The notes: generated from the sequence alone by a model not told the origin. Shown: positions 37,045 through 50,049, numbered from the stretch's first letter. The stretch: 64,000 nt of DNA from Okamejei kenojei (GCA_035221665.1 CM069155.1:29388001-29452000); one strand, 5' to 3'. A program made the numbers and translations.

Positions 37045-38295
37045 GCCATATGTGATGAGCGCTTGAAAGCACTGGGCATGAATTCGCAGGAGTTTAGAAG
37101 GATGAAGGGAGACCTCATTGAAACATACCGAATTGTGAAAGGCTTGTATAGAGTAAACGTGGAGAGTTTCCACTAGTGGGAGAGTCTGGTGCCAGTGGCC
37201 ATAGACTCAGCATTAAAGGACGTATCTTTAGAAAGGAGATGAGGAGGATTTTTATAGTCAGAGGGTGTTGCCATAGATGGTCGTGGATATTTTTTAACAT
37301 AGAAACATAGAAACATAGAAAATAGGTGCAGGAGTTGGCCATTCGGCCTTTTGAGCCAGCAGCACCATTCAATATGATCATGCCTGATGATCCACAATCA
37401 GTACTCCGTTCCTGCATTTCCCCCCATATCCCTTGATTGCTTTAGTCCTAAGAGCTATATCTAACACTCTTGAAAAACATCCAATGAATTGGCCTCCACT
37501 GCCTTCTGTGGCAGAGCATTGCACAGATTCACAACTCTCTGGGTGAAAATGATTTTCCTCATCTCAGTCCTAAATGGACTACCCCTTATTCATAATCTTT
37601 GACCCCTTGGTTCCGGACACCCCCAACATCGGGATGTTTGCACCTAGCCTGTCCAATCACTTAAGAATTATGGGATATATGTTTCTATAAGATACCCTCA
37701 TCCTTCTAATTTTCAGTGAATACAAGCCCCGTCATCCCATTTTTTTCACCATACGTCAGTCCCGCCATCTCGGGGATTAACCTGTTGAACCTATGCTGCA
37801 CTCTCTCAATAGTAAGAATGTCCTTCCTCAAATTAGGAGACCAAACCTGCACACAATTCTCCAGGTGTGGTCTCATCAAGGTCCTGTACAGCCGCAGTAC
37901 GACCTCCTTGCTCCTATACCCAAATCATCACGCTATGAAGGCCAACATGCAATTTCCTTTCTTCACTGCCTGCTGTACCTGCATGCTTACATTCAGTGAC
38001 TGAGGTACAAGGACATCCAGGCCTCGCTGCACCTCACCTTTTCCTAATCTGACACAATTCAGATAATAATCTGCCTTCTTGTTCTTGCCACCAAAGTGGA
38101 TAACCTCACATTTATCCACATTATACTGCATTTGCCTTGCATTTGCCCACTCACCCAACCTATCCAAGTCACCCTATAGCCCCATACCATCCTTCTCGCA
38201 GCTCACACTGCCATCCAGCTTTGTGTCATCTGCAAACTTGGAGATGTTCCTTTTAAATCCCATATCTAGATCGTTAATATATATTGTAAATAGCT
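37045..38295 (-). mobile_element. Short + strand CR1 fragment (37045-37297) interrupted by a - strand CR1 (37298-38295)
   Basis: The (ATAGAAAC)n tail starts at 37298 right after GGATATTTTTT; RT motifs on the - strand. Confidence 0.88.
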
Positions 38296-38812
38296 TTATT
38301 ATAGAAAATATGAGAAAATATTCATAAAGCAGTAAATCTCTCGCCCTTCTGCTCCTGAAGCCTGAACTGATATAGGCAGCGATTAATAATAATGTCACAT
38401 GAATTTCTGCCCTTCCAGATTCCTGTTAGCGATGGATTGTCTGGAGAATTCGAAAATCCTGGCACCTTTCGGGATCATGATCTAATGTGAAATCTTTCTC
38501 TCTCTCTCATGAAGGTGGGTTTTGTGAGCTGGATCGAAACATTAATTTATACAATCAATAAATCTGCCCTCGAAACAAAAGTAAACTGTTTTAAAACTAG
38601 TTGTTTTTCTTTATACTCAAGTAACAGCGAGCTATTTATTAAATCAGAGGCTGAGCTAGTCTCGGATGTCTCTAAGAATGAAATTGAGATATCCCAATAT
38701 ACATCTGTAAATGCAGTGGGGTCAACACTGTTTTATTAGTACACCATGTCCACTTTCTTGACTGTTAAAGATTAAACAATCCTTCATCAATGCACTCAGC
38801 TTGATTTTTGAC

Positions 38813-40905
38813 ATGGTATTGATATGGATAGAGAATTGGTTGCGAGACAGGAAACAAAGAGTAGGAATAAACGGGTCCCTGTCAGAATGGCCGGCAGTGG
38901 CGAGTGGAGTGCCGCAAAGCTCGGTGCTGGGCCGCAACTATTTACAATAAATATTAATGATTAAGTTGATGGGATTAAATGTGACACTAGCAAATTTGCA
39001 GATGACACAAAGTTGGGTGGCAGTGTGAATTGCGAAGAGGATGCTAGGAGGTTGCAGGATGACTTGGACAGGTTGAGTGAGTGGGCAGATGCATGGAAGA
39101 CGCAGTATAATGTTGATAGATGTGAGTTCATCCACATCGGTGGCAAGAACTCGGAGGCAGATTTTATCTCAATGGTGTCAGATTAGGAAAAATGGAAGTG
39201 CAGCGAGACCTGGGTGTCTAGGTGTACACCAGTTACTGAAAGACAATATGCAGGTACAGCAGGCAGTGAAGAAAGCTAATGGCATGTTGGCCTTCCTAAC
39301 GAGAGGATTTGAGTTTAGAAGTAAAGAGGTCCTTCTGCAGTTGTACAGGGCCCTGGTGCGACCACATCTGGAGAATTGCATGGAGTTTTGGACTCCTCAT
39401 TTGAGGAAGGACATCCTTGCGATTGAGGCAGTGCAGCGTAGGTTCAAGATGGCGGGACTGTCATATGAGGAAAGATAGGAAAGACTGGGCTTGTATTCAC
39501 TGGAATTTAGAAGGATGAGAGGAAATCTTATAGAAACGTATAAAATTAAAAAATGACTGGATAAGCTAGTCACAGAAAAAATGTTCCCAATGATGGGGAA
39601 GTCCAGAACCAGAAGCCACAGTCTAAGAATGAAGGGGAGGCAAATTAAAACTGCGATGAAAGTTGTGAATTTGTGGAATACTCCGTCACAGAAGGCAGTA
39701 AAGTCCAATTCACTGGATGAACTTAAAAGAGTTAGATAGAGCTTTTGGGGCTGGCAGAATCAAGGGATATGGGGAGAAGGCAGGCAAGAGTTACTCATTG
39801 TGGATTATCAGCCATGATCACAGCGAATGGTGGTGCAGGCTCGAAGGGCCAAATGGCCTCCTTCTACACTTAATTTCTATGTTTCTATCTCACGCCACAT
39901 CTAATTGTTCAATGTTATTAATTTGTAGGATGATTGCGTCTCCGAGAATGCAGTTTTTATTGCCGATCGAAAAGTGGGAACACTGAGACACAAGGAACTG
40001 CGGATACTGGAATCATGATAAAACATAAAGTTACACGGGGTGTGCCTCAGGGTCCAGTGCTGGGCACATTAATGTTTGTCATTTATATAAATTAGATCAT
40101 ATGGTAAGATTAGCAAATTTGCAGATGATACAAACGTGGGAGGTTTTGCAGATAGTGGAGATGGTTGTGAAAATGTGCAGCAGGATCTTGATCAATTGGC
40201 CAGGTAGGCTGAGGAATAGTTGATGGCATTTAATGTAGAGAAATATGAAGTATTTCCTGGGATTTCAAGGAGTGGTCAAAAAGGCTTTTGGCTCATTGTC
40301 CTTCATCAGCCAGAGTAATTAGTATAGAAGTTGGGAGGCCTTGTTGCAGAGGTATAAGACGTTGGTGACGCCGCATTTAGTGTATTGTGTTCAATCTGGG
40401 ATTTCAACAAGCTGGAAAGAGTACAGAGAAGATTTACGAGGATGTTGCCAGGACGAGAGGGTCTGGGCCATAGGGAGAGGTTGAGTAGGCTGGGACTCTA
40501 TTCCTTGAAGCGCAGGAAGACGAGGGGAAATCTTATAGAGGTGTATAGGGTCATGAGATGAATAGATCGGGTAGATGCTCAGTCGATGCTCAGTCTCTTG
40601 CCCAGAGTAGGTGAATCGAGGACCAGGTTTATGGTGACGGAGCAAAGGTTTAATAGGAATCTGAGGGGTAACTTTTTCTCAGAGAGGGTGGTGGGGGTAT
40701 GGAACAAGCAGCCAGAGGAGGTAGTTGTGCCAGGGACTATCCCAATGTTTAAGAAACAGTTAGACAGGTACATGAATATGACAGATTTGGAGGGATATGG
40801 ACTCAACACGGGCAGCTGTGACTACTGTAGATAAGACATGTTGGCCGATGTGGAAAAGTTGGGCCGAAGGGCCTGTTAACTTTCTCTATGACTCTCTTTG
40901 ACTCT
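38813..40905 (+). mobile_element. Two consecutive CR1-clade RT/3' fragments (38813-39890, ~40030-40905)
   Basis: RT motifs and distinct microsatellite tails. Confidence 0.85.
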
Positions 40906-42269
40906 ATGGGGCATCATGTAGCATCTGCGGATCGGCATTTGGAGAGGTAATAATGAACAGCCATGAGCCAGTGCAATCTTTTGCGAGTTCATTTTCTCAC
41001 GGTATTGCACGTTGCAAAGTTGAAAACGTGCAGTAGTGAGGGAAGGATGAGAACGGTGAGATAAAATTGCTTTTCGTAGTGATATGCCTACATTCAGAGT
41101 GGCGTATGAGCGCAATTGCAGCTCATTCTGTAGATGGTACAAATTGTAGTCACTTTAGTTTAATTTGGAGATACAGCGCCCAAACAGGCCCCCCCTACCC
41201 ACTGATCAACAGTCCCCGTACATTAACACTATTCTACACACTTTAAGGACAATATATAATTTTACCAAGCCAATGAACCTACCAATCTGTCTTTGTAGTG
41301 TGGGAGGAAACCGGAGCTTCCTGGGAAATCCCAGGCAGGTCATGGGGAAAACGTAGTGGTGAAAGGATGAACGGTTAAGTTAATGGATGGCTGACCAGTC
41401 ACGTGCACTACTAAACTAATCTAGTTTAATGACAATTTAAGGAAATTGTTAATGATAATTCTTTTTCTCACCCGCTATTTCCAGAAAACCGCTCTTCGCG
41501 TTTCTCCCTTGTCAGTTTTGCCAGATAGCTGGAGTGCCCGTATTCTATTCACCTTTAATTGAATATGGATGTGCTGTGTGTAAAGTTGCTGTCGTCCTGC
41601 AGTGCTACAAAGTCGAAAGAACTCTGGAAGTGGTCGGTGAGAGCCAATATGACCCCTTTTACTTCATTCATATATGCATTAATTTTGTACAGGTAACCTT
41701 TCCACTTTGAGTCGTGGCAAGTGTTGCGATTTACTACGCATTACAATATGAGAGTATCACAGACCACTATTCCAATCACGACACACATCGGGTGGTCAAA
41801 ATTGCCTCAAAACTGCAACTTTACTGACATTTGTTGTGATGATCTGCCCCCTCAGGTCCTTTTTAAATTATCTGATACACAAGTAGAAGGGGTTTATGAT
41901 TTATAAAACTACAAAGATATCTAAATATAGATATAAAGTGATATTTAATAAAACATTGCTGAGGAGGTGACTGTCATCATATTAGATTCAGCGATTCGGA
42001 TTCAGTTGGACCGTTTAGATAAAACATTTCTATTCCATTTTCATTGGTGATTAAATAATTACCGAATATAATATTTAAAACTTGCAGACAATTTGTTTAA
42101 TATATATATGCGTTGGGGTCATACAGAAAATTATAGTTTGTTTGTTTATAAAGAAGGGGCAACTGTGACAATCCTTTTCATTCTGCTCTAGTTATGAGAA
42201 TGCATGAAGCTTTTTAGAAATACAAGTCTCTAAAATAAGACCTGCATGTTTCACAGTGGCGAATGTTTT

Positions 42270-42371
42270 GAGGAAGAATCTGGCAATTTCTGATTGGCTT
42301 CGACGAGCATACCGGTTTGATTGGTTTGGAGAGATAAACACAAGGTGAAATCTCGTCATTCCATTTATAAA
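42270..42371 (+). promoter_or_regulatory. IgL promoter: GAGGAA (Ets), two inverted CCAAT boxes, half-CRE, TATA
   Basis: GAGGAA 42270-42275; ATTGG 42293-42297 (within CTGATTGGC) and 42320-42324; CGTCA 42354-42358; TATAAA 42366-42371, ~70 bp before the ATG. No perfect octamer seen. Confidence 0.65.
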
Positions 42372-42441
42372 GAGAGCCAGAGAGCAAGATTACACGCCAC
42401 TTGTCCTGGAAACTGCCGCCCCATCGGAGCTCGGTCGGTTA

Positions 42442-42496
42442 ATGAAAATGTCTTATTGGATCCGTGTGGTCGGTGCGTTGGTTTTTTGCGCAGTTT
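42442..42496 (+). CDS. IGL: Ig light chain exon 1 (leader peptide MKMSYWIRVVGALVFCAV)
   Basis: ATG at 42442 (second in-frame ATG at 42448), hydrophobic signal peptide, phase-1 donor T|GTGAGT at 42497; 118-bp intron ending in TTCTCTTTTCTCAG at 42614. Confidence 0.92.
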
Positions 42497-42614
42497 GTGA
42501 GTATTTTACTTTTCCTGACATTATACTTATTACTGTTCACCATTATTTTGGGGTTATCTCCCATACTTCAACAAACTTAACAATTTTTTTTTTCTGATAT
42601 TTCTCTTTTCTCAG

Positions 42615-42959
42615 ACTTAAGCGCGGCAGTTACAGTAAGTCAGCCGCCGCCGATGTCCACCTCTATAGGACAGAAAATACAAATATCCTGCACCATATCG
42701 GGCTCCAGTTCAGGCGCTAACTATGTCTCCTGGTACCAACAGATTCCTGGCAAAACTCCCAAGTATCTATTCTACCATTATACCAGTGGCAGCATTTATA
42801 AAGGCACGGACATTCCAGACCGTTTTTCCATCTCGGTGTCAGGCAGTTCTGTAATATTCGCAATATCTAGCGTTCAATCGGTGGATGCTGCGGACTATTA
42901 CTGTGCCAAATGGGATAGTGGTTTATATTTCGGTAAAGGAACGAGGCTGGGTATTGGCG
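42615..42959 (+). CDS. IGL: Ig light chain exon 2: germline-joined V-J (YLSAAVTVSQPPPMSTS...ISC...WYQQ...DYYCAKWDSGLYFGKGTRLGIG)
   Basis: Canonical V motifs (ISC, WYQQ, DRFS, DYYC) run in frame directly into the J motif FGKGT with no RSS between them; phase-1 donor G|GTAAGT at 42960. Confidence 0.96.
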
Positions 42960-43580
42960 GTAAGTAAAATATGTTCTTCGGACAGCGCGCTGTTTTATTT
43001 TTATTTTAATGCAGATATTGCTTGATTTAACGTCGTGATTTCACATTATACGTGATTGAGCCAGCTGTATTTCAGTGTAGATAGTGCGGCCATGCTATAC
43101 AGATGTTCCGAGTTCACTTGGACATAACTCAGTGAAATGACTGCAAAAGCGAGCGAATGTTTTGTTTTGTGCTTTTACAGACGAACAATTTCTCAACATA
43201 AGTATTCTGTGCCCAGGGAACCTTGGGCCTTGAACTCGCTTAGGACTGTAGCTACTTGGATTCCCTTTTAGGCATTGGGGTTTGGTTGAACGGTGCCGCG
43301 ATGCGAAGGAATTATATGTTCCACGTTGTGTTGTTTAATATTGAAGCAAGTGTTACACTCTGTAGCCCATTATACTCCAGTTGAATCACGAAAATAATGT
43401 ATATAATTGTTTCACTGATCAGAGCCATATTCCACCTTTAAAGCATTTCAAAACAACCATGACCCGAGTAAGACTAACTCTTACAGTGTAATTAGAAATC
43501 TCGCAGCTGCGATTCCAAAAAATATATAATTTTACAGTTTACAGAATTACTTCGGGTCGCACTATATGAATGCACTATAA

Positions 43581-43594
43581 CATGTGATGCAAAT
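43581..43594 (+). promoter_or_regulatory. Candidate J-C intronic enhancer: E-box CATGTG abutting octamer ATGCAAAT
   Basis: CATGTG 43581-43586 is immediately followed by ATGCAAAT 43587-43594 in the J-C intron; further CAGCTG E-boxes near 43062 and 43504. Confidence 0.45.
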
Positions 43595-44438
43595 CTTCAA
43601 TTTTCCATTTTGCTTCCCATCCAATAATGTTCGCATACTTCCCAATGCGAATGGTGTCATTTCTCCCGGATTTTGAAATCGTCAATTAAATGAGGGTTGA
43701 TGTTGAATTGAAGTTGCATGGAATAGGGTTCGTTCAATACATTGCGGAAATATTCGCAGTGATTGTCCATATATGAAAGGAAATTGCTTTAGTAACGGGG
43801 GTCAGCAACGTTAATATTCAACACTGTCAAAATTCCGGTTGAGGTGTTTAACAGGGATATCAAAATGCGAAATGAGAAAGTGTCGCACATTTCTTTCAGA
43901 AATTTTGTTTAATACGTAGAGCAGCCTTTTGAACTACAATGTCATCCTTGCTTCTGAACGACGTCTGCGAATCTGTGACCGTGGCTTTCGAAAACTAGTT
44001 TCCATATATCTTTGCCGAACTTAAATAGCGCCACCCTCCATCTCAATGGTGCCGACAATTAAATAAGTTTAATCTGTTATTATAAATTTCCCGACCGCGA
44101 ATCGTTTATATATGCTGATATATTTAAATAAAGCCGGAGCTGTGTGGTAAAATGAACATTACGAAAGTTATAATAATGTATTCAGTTTTATAAAATAGTG
44201 CCGCCATGATCTATCACATATGGTTTCCCGGAGTTTATGCATATGGCAGACAGGATCTATTCCAGTTGCTTTCACGTGCTTTAAAAAAAACACACTATAA
44301 TGGTTTGAAATAGGTCGAGAATAAACGGCTTATTTCTACAAATTAATAAATTAGTGCTTCAATGAGATGTATTTTCGGCAAATAATGATATATCAACGAC
44401 AGCAATTCTCCAATTAAATGTGACTTCTTATTAAACAG

Positions 44439-44761
44439 ATCCTCAGGCACCGATCGTGACGGTCCTCCCGCCCTCAGCCGATGAAGTTACCTCAAAGGGC
44501 ACCGCCACCCTGGTTTGTTTGGTGAACGGGTTTAATCCGGGCTCGGTGGCTGTTGAGTGGACAGTCGACGGCGGTGCAAAAAATAGCGGCGTTGAGACCA
44601 GCCCGATCCAGCAGGATAAGGACAACACGTTCAGTCTCAGCAGTTACCTGACCCTGACAGCCTCAGACTGGAATTTACACGAGCTTTACTCCTGTGTGGT
44701 TAAACACCAGACTCAGGCAAACCCACTTAAGACAAATATCGTGAGATCCAGCTGTATCTGA
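44439..44761 (+). CDS. IGL: Ig light chain exon 3: constant (C1-set) domain, elasmobranch lambda/type II-like (DPQAPIVTVLPPS...ATLVCLV...YSCVVKH...RSSCI)
   Basis: Acceptor TTAAACAG at 44438; phase matches exon 2; two intradomain Cys, conserved Trp, penultimate Cys for the H-L disulfide. Exons of 55+345+323 nt give 240 aa plus stop. Confidence 0.96.
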
Positions 44762-44940
44762 TGTTTGAAGCGTGAGCTAACTTCCCAAAAGTTAGTTAAT
44801 CACCATTGGGTTCTTCCATGTGACAAAGGTAGTCTTTGTCTTTCGGAATTTTCATAAAGAAACGCCATTCATAGTTGAAACCTTGATTTTTATGACTTGT
44901 TCGCTTTAAATGTTGGTCTTTCGAAAGAATATCGTTCTTG

Positions 44941-44946
44941 AATAAA
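44941..44946 (+). terminator. IgL polyadenylation signal
   Basis: AATAAA 180 bp after the C-exon stop, followed by T/GT-rich sequence. Confidence 0.75.
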
Positions 44947-45401
44947 GCATCGTCGATTAAATTGCGTTAACTAAATGCATGTATGTTGCTATTGTATTCA
45001 AGGTATTCTTCGCAGACGTTGAGTAAAGTTTTAAAACTATTGTCAAATGCATTGTTGATTCTCTTGGATTTATTTCTGACCCCAAACGTGATGCCTGAAT
45101 ATGGATTGTGTTGTCTTGTACATTTGAGCAAGAAACACTGATTTATTTTTCCTCAATCTCGATCTCGAATTACAATCGCAGAACAGTAGTGAGTTTGTGC
45201 ACTCGTCAAGTTACAAAAAAATGCGTTCTAAACCAATCATGACAAACGTGATATCAACTCCAATAAGAATCCACAAAATTGGCAGAAAATGCTGCTAAAA
45301 CTTCAGGTTGTTCTTTTGGTCAAAAACGTCCCCACCAACGCCACACCTTCAGGGTTTAAAGGGTTTATTATTATGTTTTCGTTCGTAAGGTGCACCGTTA
45401 C

Positions 45402-48400
45402 ATAGAAACATAGTAACATAGAAATTAGGTGCAGGAGCAGGCCATTCGGCCCTTCGAGCCTGCACCGCCATTCAATATGATCATGGCTGATCATCCAACT
45501 CAGTATCCTGTACCTGCCTTCTCTCCATACCCCCTGATCCCTTCAGCCACAAGGGCCACATCCAACTCCCTCTTAAATATGGCCAACGAACTGGCCTCAA
45601 CTACCTTCTGTGGCTGAGAATTCCACCGATTCACCACTCTCTGTGTGAAAAACAATTTTCTCATCTCGGTCCTAAAAGACTTCCCCCTCATACTTAAACT
45701 GTGACCCCTTGTCCTGGACTTCTCCAACATTGGGAACAATCTTCCTGCATCTAGCCTGTCCAACCCCTTAAGAATTTTGTAAGTCTCTATGAGATCACCC
45801 CTCAATCTACTAAATTGCAGCGAGTACAAGCCGAGTCTATCCCAGTCTTTCTTTATGTGGAAGTCGTGCCATCCCAGGAATTAGTCTGGTGAACCTTCTC
45901 TGTACTCCCTCTATGGCAAGAAGGCTTTCCTCAGATTAGGAGACCAAAACTGAATGCAATACTCCAGGTGCGGCCTCACCAAGACCCTGTATAACTGCAG
46001 TAGAACCACCCTGCTCTTGTATTCAAATACTTTTGCTATGAATGCCAACATACCATTAGATTTCTTCGCAGCCTGCTGCACCTGCATGCCTACTTTCAAT
46101 GACTGGTGTACCATGACACCCAGGTCTCGCTGCATCTCCCCTTTTCCTAATCGGTCACCATTCAAATAATAGTCTACCTTCCTGTTTTTGCCACCAAAAT
46201 GGATAACCTCACATTTATCCACATTATACTGCATCTGCCACGCATTTGCCCACTCACCCAGACTATCCAAGTCATCCTACAGCCTCCTAACATCCTCCTC
46301 ACAGCTAACACTGCCCCTCCAGCTTCGTGTCATCTGCAAACTTCGAGATGTTGCATTTAATTCCCTCGTCCAAATCATTAATGTATATTGTAAATAGCTG
46401 GGGTCCCAGCACTGAGCCTTGCGGCACCCCACTAGTCACTGTGTGCCATCCTGAAAAGGACCTGTTCACTCCTACTCTTTGCTTCCAGTCTGCCAGCCAG
46501 TTCTCTATCCACATCAATACTGAACCACCAATACCGTGTGCTTTAAGTTTGTATACCAATCTCTTGTGTGGGACCTTGTCGAAAGCCTTCTGAAAATCCA
46601 GATACAACACATCCACTGCTTCTCCCTTATCCACTCTACTAGTTACATCCTCAAAAAATTCAATAAGATTCATCAGACATGATTTACCCTTCGTAAATCT
46701 ATGCTGACTTTGTCCAATGATTTCACCACTTTCCAAATGCGCTGCTATCCCATCTTTAATAATTGACTCTAGCAGTTTGCCCACTACCGATGTTAGACTA
46801 ACTGGTCTGTAATTCCCCGTTTTCTCAGTCCCTCCCTTTTTAAAAAGTGGGGTTACATTAGCTACCCTACAATCCTCAGGAATTACAAACCAGAATCTAA
46901 AGAGTTTTGAAAAATTATCACTAAGGCATCCGCTATTTCTGGGGGTACTTCCTTAAGTACCCTGGGATGCAGCCTATCTGGCCCTGGGGATTTATCGGCC
47001 TTTAATCCATTCAATTTACCTAACACCCACTTTCCCGGCTAACCTGGATTTCACTCATTTCCTCCATCTCATTTCACCCACGATCCCCTGCTATTTCCGG
47101 CCAATTATTTATGTCTTTCTTAGTGAAGACAGAACCAAAGTAGTTATTCAATTGGTCTGCCATGTCCTTGTTCCCCATGATCAATTCACCCGTTTCTGAC
47201 TGCAAGGGACCTACATTTGTTTTAAATAATCTTTTGCGCTTCACATATCGATAAAAACTTTTGCAGTCAGTTTTTATGTTTCCTGCCAGTTTTCTTTCAT
47301 ACTCCATTTTCCCTTTCCTAATTAAGCCCTTTGTCCTCCTCTGTTGGTCTCTGAATTTCTCCTAGTCCCCTGGTAGGCTGCTTTTTTGGCTAATTTGTAT
47401 GCTTCATCTTTTTCTTTGATACTATCCCTGATTTCCCTCGTTATCCACGGATGCGCCACCTTCCCTGATTTATTCTTTTGCCATACTGGGATGAACAATT
47501 GTTGTAGTTCATCCATGCAGTCTTTTAAATGCCTTCCATTGCAAATCCACCGTCAACCCTTCAAGAATCAATTGCCAATCCATCTTGGCCAATTCACGTC
47601 TCATACCCTCAAAGTTACCTTTCTTTAAGTTCAGGACCCGTGTTTCTGAATTAACAATGTCATTCTGCATCCTAATGAAGAACTCAACCATATTACGGTC
47701 ACTCTTGCCCAAGGGGCCACGTACAACCCTTCCTCATTACTCAATATCCAGTCTAGAATAGCCTGCTCTCTCGTTGGTTCCTCTACATGTTGGTTTAGAA
47801 AACTATCCCGCATACATTCCAAGAAATCCTCTTCCTCAGCACACCTGCCAATTTGATTCACCCAATCTATATGTAGATTGAAGTCACCCATTATAACGGT
47901 TTTACCTTCGTTGCAAGCATTTCTAATTTCCTCTTTGATGCCATCCCCAACTCCACTACTACTGTTAGGTGGCCTGTACACAATACCCACTAGCGTTTTC
48001 TGCCCCTTAGTGTTTAGGAGCTCCACCCATATCGATTCCACATCCTCCAAGCTAATGTCATTCCTTTCTATTGCGTTAATCTCCTCTCTAACCAGCAACG
48101 CTACCCCACCCCCTTTTTCCTCTCTGTATATCCTTCCTGAATATTGAATATCCCTGGATGTTCAGCTCCCAACCTTGGTCACCCTGGAGCCATGTGTCCG
48201 TGATCCCAACTATATCATAATTATTAATAGCTATCTGCACATTCCACTCATCCACCTTATTACGAATGCTCCTCGCATTGAGACACAAAGCCTTCAGGCT
48301 TGTTTTTACAACACTCTTGGCCCTTTTACAATTATGTTGAAAAGTGGCCCTTTTAGACTTTTGCCTTGGATTTGTTTTCCTGCCACTTTTCACCTTGCTA

Positions 48401-49795
48401 CCTATTGCTCCTATCCTCATTTTACACCCCTCTGTCTCTCTGCTCACACATTTAAGAAACCATCCACTTCTTAATCTCCGTTTGTTTATTTTTTTCTTCT
48501 TTCCTCCCTACGTGTTGCGTCTGACTGCTTCTCTTCTCTGCCTCCTGCCTCACAAATGGACTACTTGCCTTCTCTATTTGAGTCCCTCCCTCCAACCGAT
48601 CTAGTTTAAAGTCTCCCCAGTAGCCTTTGCAAATCTCGCAGCCAGGATATTGGTTCCCCTCGGGTTCAAGTGCAACCGGTCCTTTTTGTACAGGTCACAC
48701 CTTCCCCCAAAAGAGGTCCCAAAAATCCAGGAACTTGAATCTCTGCGCTCTGCACCAGTCCTTTAGCCACACATTTATCCTCCACCTTGCTCCATTCCTA
48801 CTCTCACTGTCGCGTGGCACAGGCAGTATTCCTGAGATTGTTACCTTTGCGGTCCTTCTCCTTAACACTCTTCCTAACTCCCTAAATTCTCCTTTCAGGA
48901 TCTCCTCTCTTTTTCTACCTATGTCATTGCTACCTATATATGTACCACGACCTCTGGCTCCTCTCCCTCCCATTTCAAGATATCTTGGACACGTTCAGTC
49001 ACATCCCAGACCCTGGCACCAGGGAGGCAAACTACCATCCGGGTCTCCTGACTGCGTCCACAGAATCGCCTATCTGACCCCCCAACTATAGAGTCCCCTA
49101 TTACTGCTGCCCTCCTCTTCTTTTCCTTACCCTTCTGAGCAACAGGGCCGGTCCTTGTACCGGAGGCCCGGTCGCTGTTGCTACCCCCAGGTAGGCTGTG
49201 CCCCCCAACAGTACTCAAACAGGAGTACTTATTGCCAAGGTGTACAGCCACCGGGGTATTCTCTAGTCCCTGCCTCTGCCCCTTGCTTCTCCTAACCATG
49301 ACCCACTTTTCTGCCTCCTGAGGTTTTGGAGTGACCACTTGTCTGTAGCTCCTCTCTATGGCTTCCTCACTCTCCCTGACCAGACGGAGGTCATCGAGCT
49401 GCTGCTCCAGGTACCGAATACGGTCCATTTGGAGCGCCATCTTGACGCACCTGGCGCAGATGTGGACGTCTGGAGAGCTATCTGACTGCATGACCTCCCA
49501 CATCTGACATCCAAAACAGTAAACTGCCCTGGCACTCATCCTCCCCCTTACCCTGGATACAATACAATACAATGTATAATACAATGCAAGGATTTTAGCT
49601 GAAAGAAATCAGCAAGGATCTGACTGCCAATCAGCTGCTCCCTCGAGTCGTCTTCCACCAATCAGCGGCTTCCTCAACTGCGAGCTGGGAGTTTTGAATT
49701 GCAAGCTGCGAATGGAACATTACGGATTTGGATTTTGGATCCTCCCACAGCAACCGCTCCTGGGCCTCTGTGGAAACAAGCCCCGCGATCGAGTT
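45402..49795 (-). mobile_element. Near full-length CR1 LINE
   Basis: ORF1 (zinc finger, VIGDSIV esterase), ORF2 APE and RT fragments, tail at 45402; frameshifted. Confidence 0.95.
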
Positions 49796-50049
49796 TTTTA
49801 CATACTGTAAATAAAGGCAAGACATGTGCATACCTGGCAATTTACCAGAAACGACATTAACTCCCAACATATCAGCAAGATTCTGTAAAACTGATGGTTT
49901 GTTCCCATCTCCACTTTACACTATCCACACTCTGCGCCGCACATCCATCCTTTATCACCGAAGACATTGAAGTTAACTGGTGACGGGATTTGTATTTCAA
50001 TTACACTTATGCTGTTGTTATCATGTCGTGTTCCACCACAATTACCAAT

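Noticed and set aside
42252-42258. Perfect RSS heptamer CACAGTG upstream of the IgL promoter
   Set aside because: No nonamer at 12- or 23-bp spacing (AGGAAGAAT, GGCAATTTC) and no adjacent coding segment.
42899-42905. Cryptic heptamer TACTGTG at the V 3' end (V-replacement signal)
   Set aside because: It is the expected Tyr-Cys codon sequence, and there is no nonamer-like sequence at either spacing.
42442-44761. IgL as a processed pseudogene
   Set aside because: Both introns, the promoter and the genomic polyA signal are present, and the ORF is intact.
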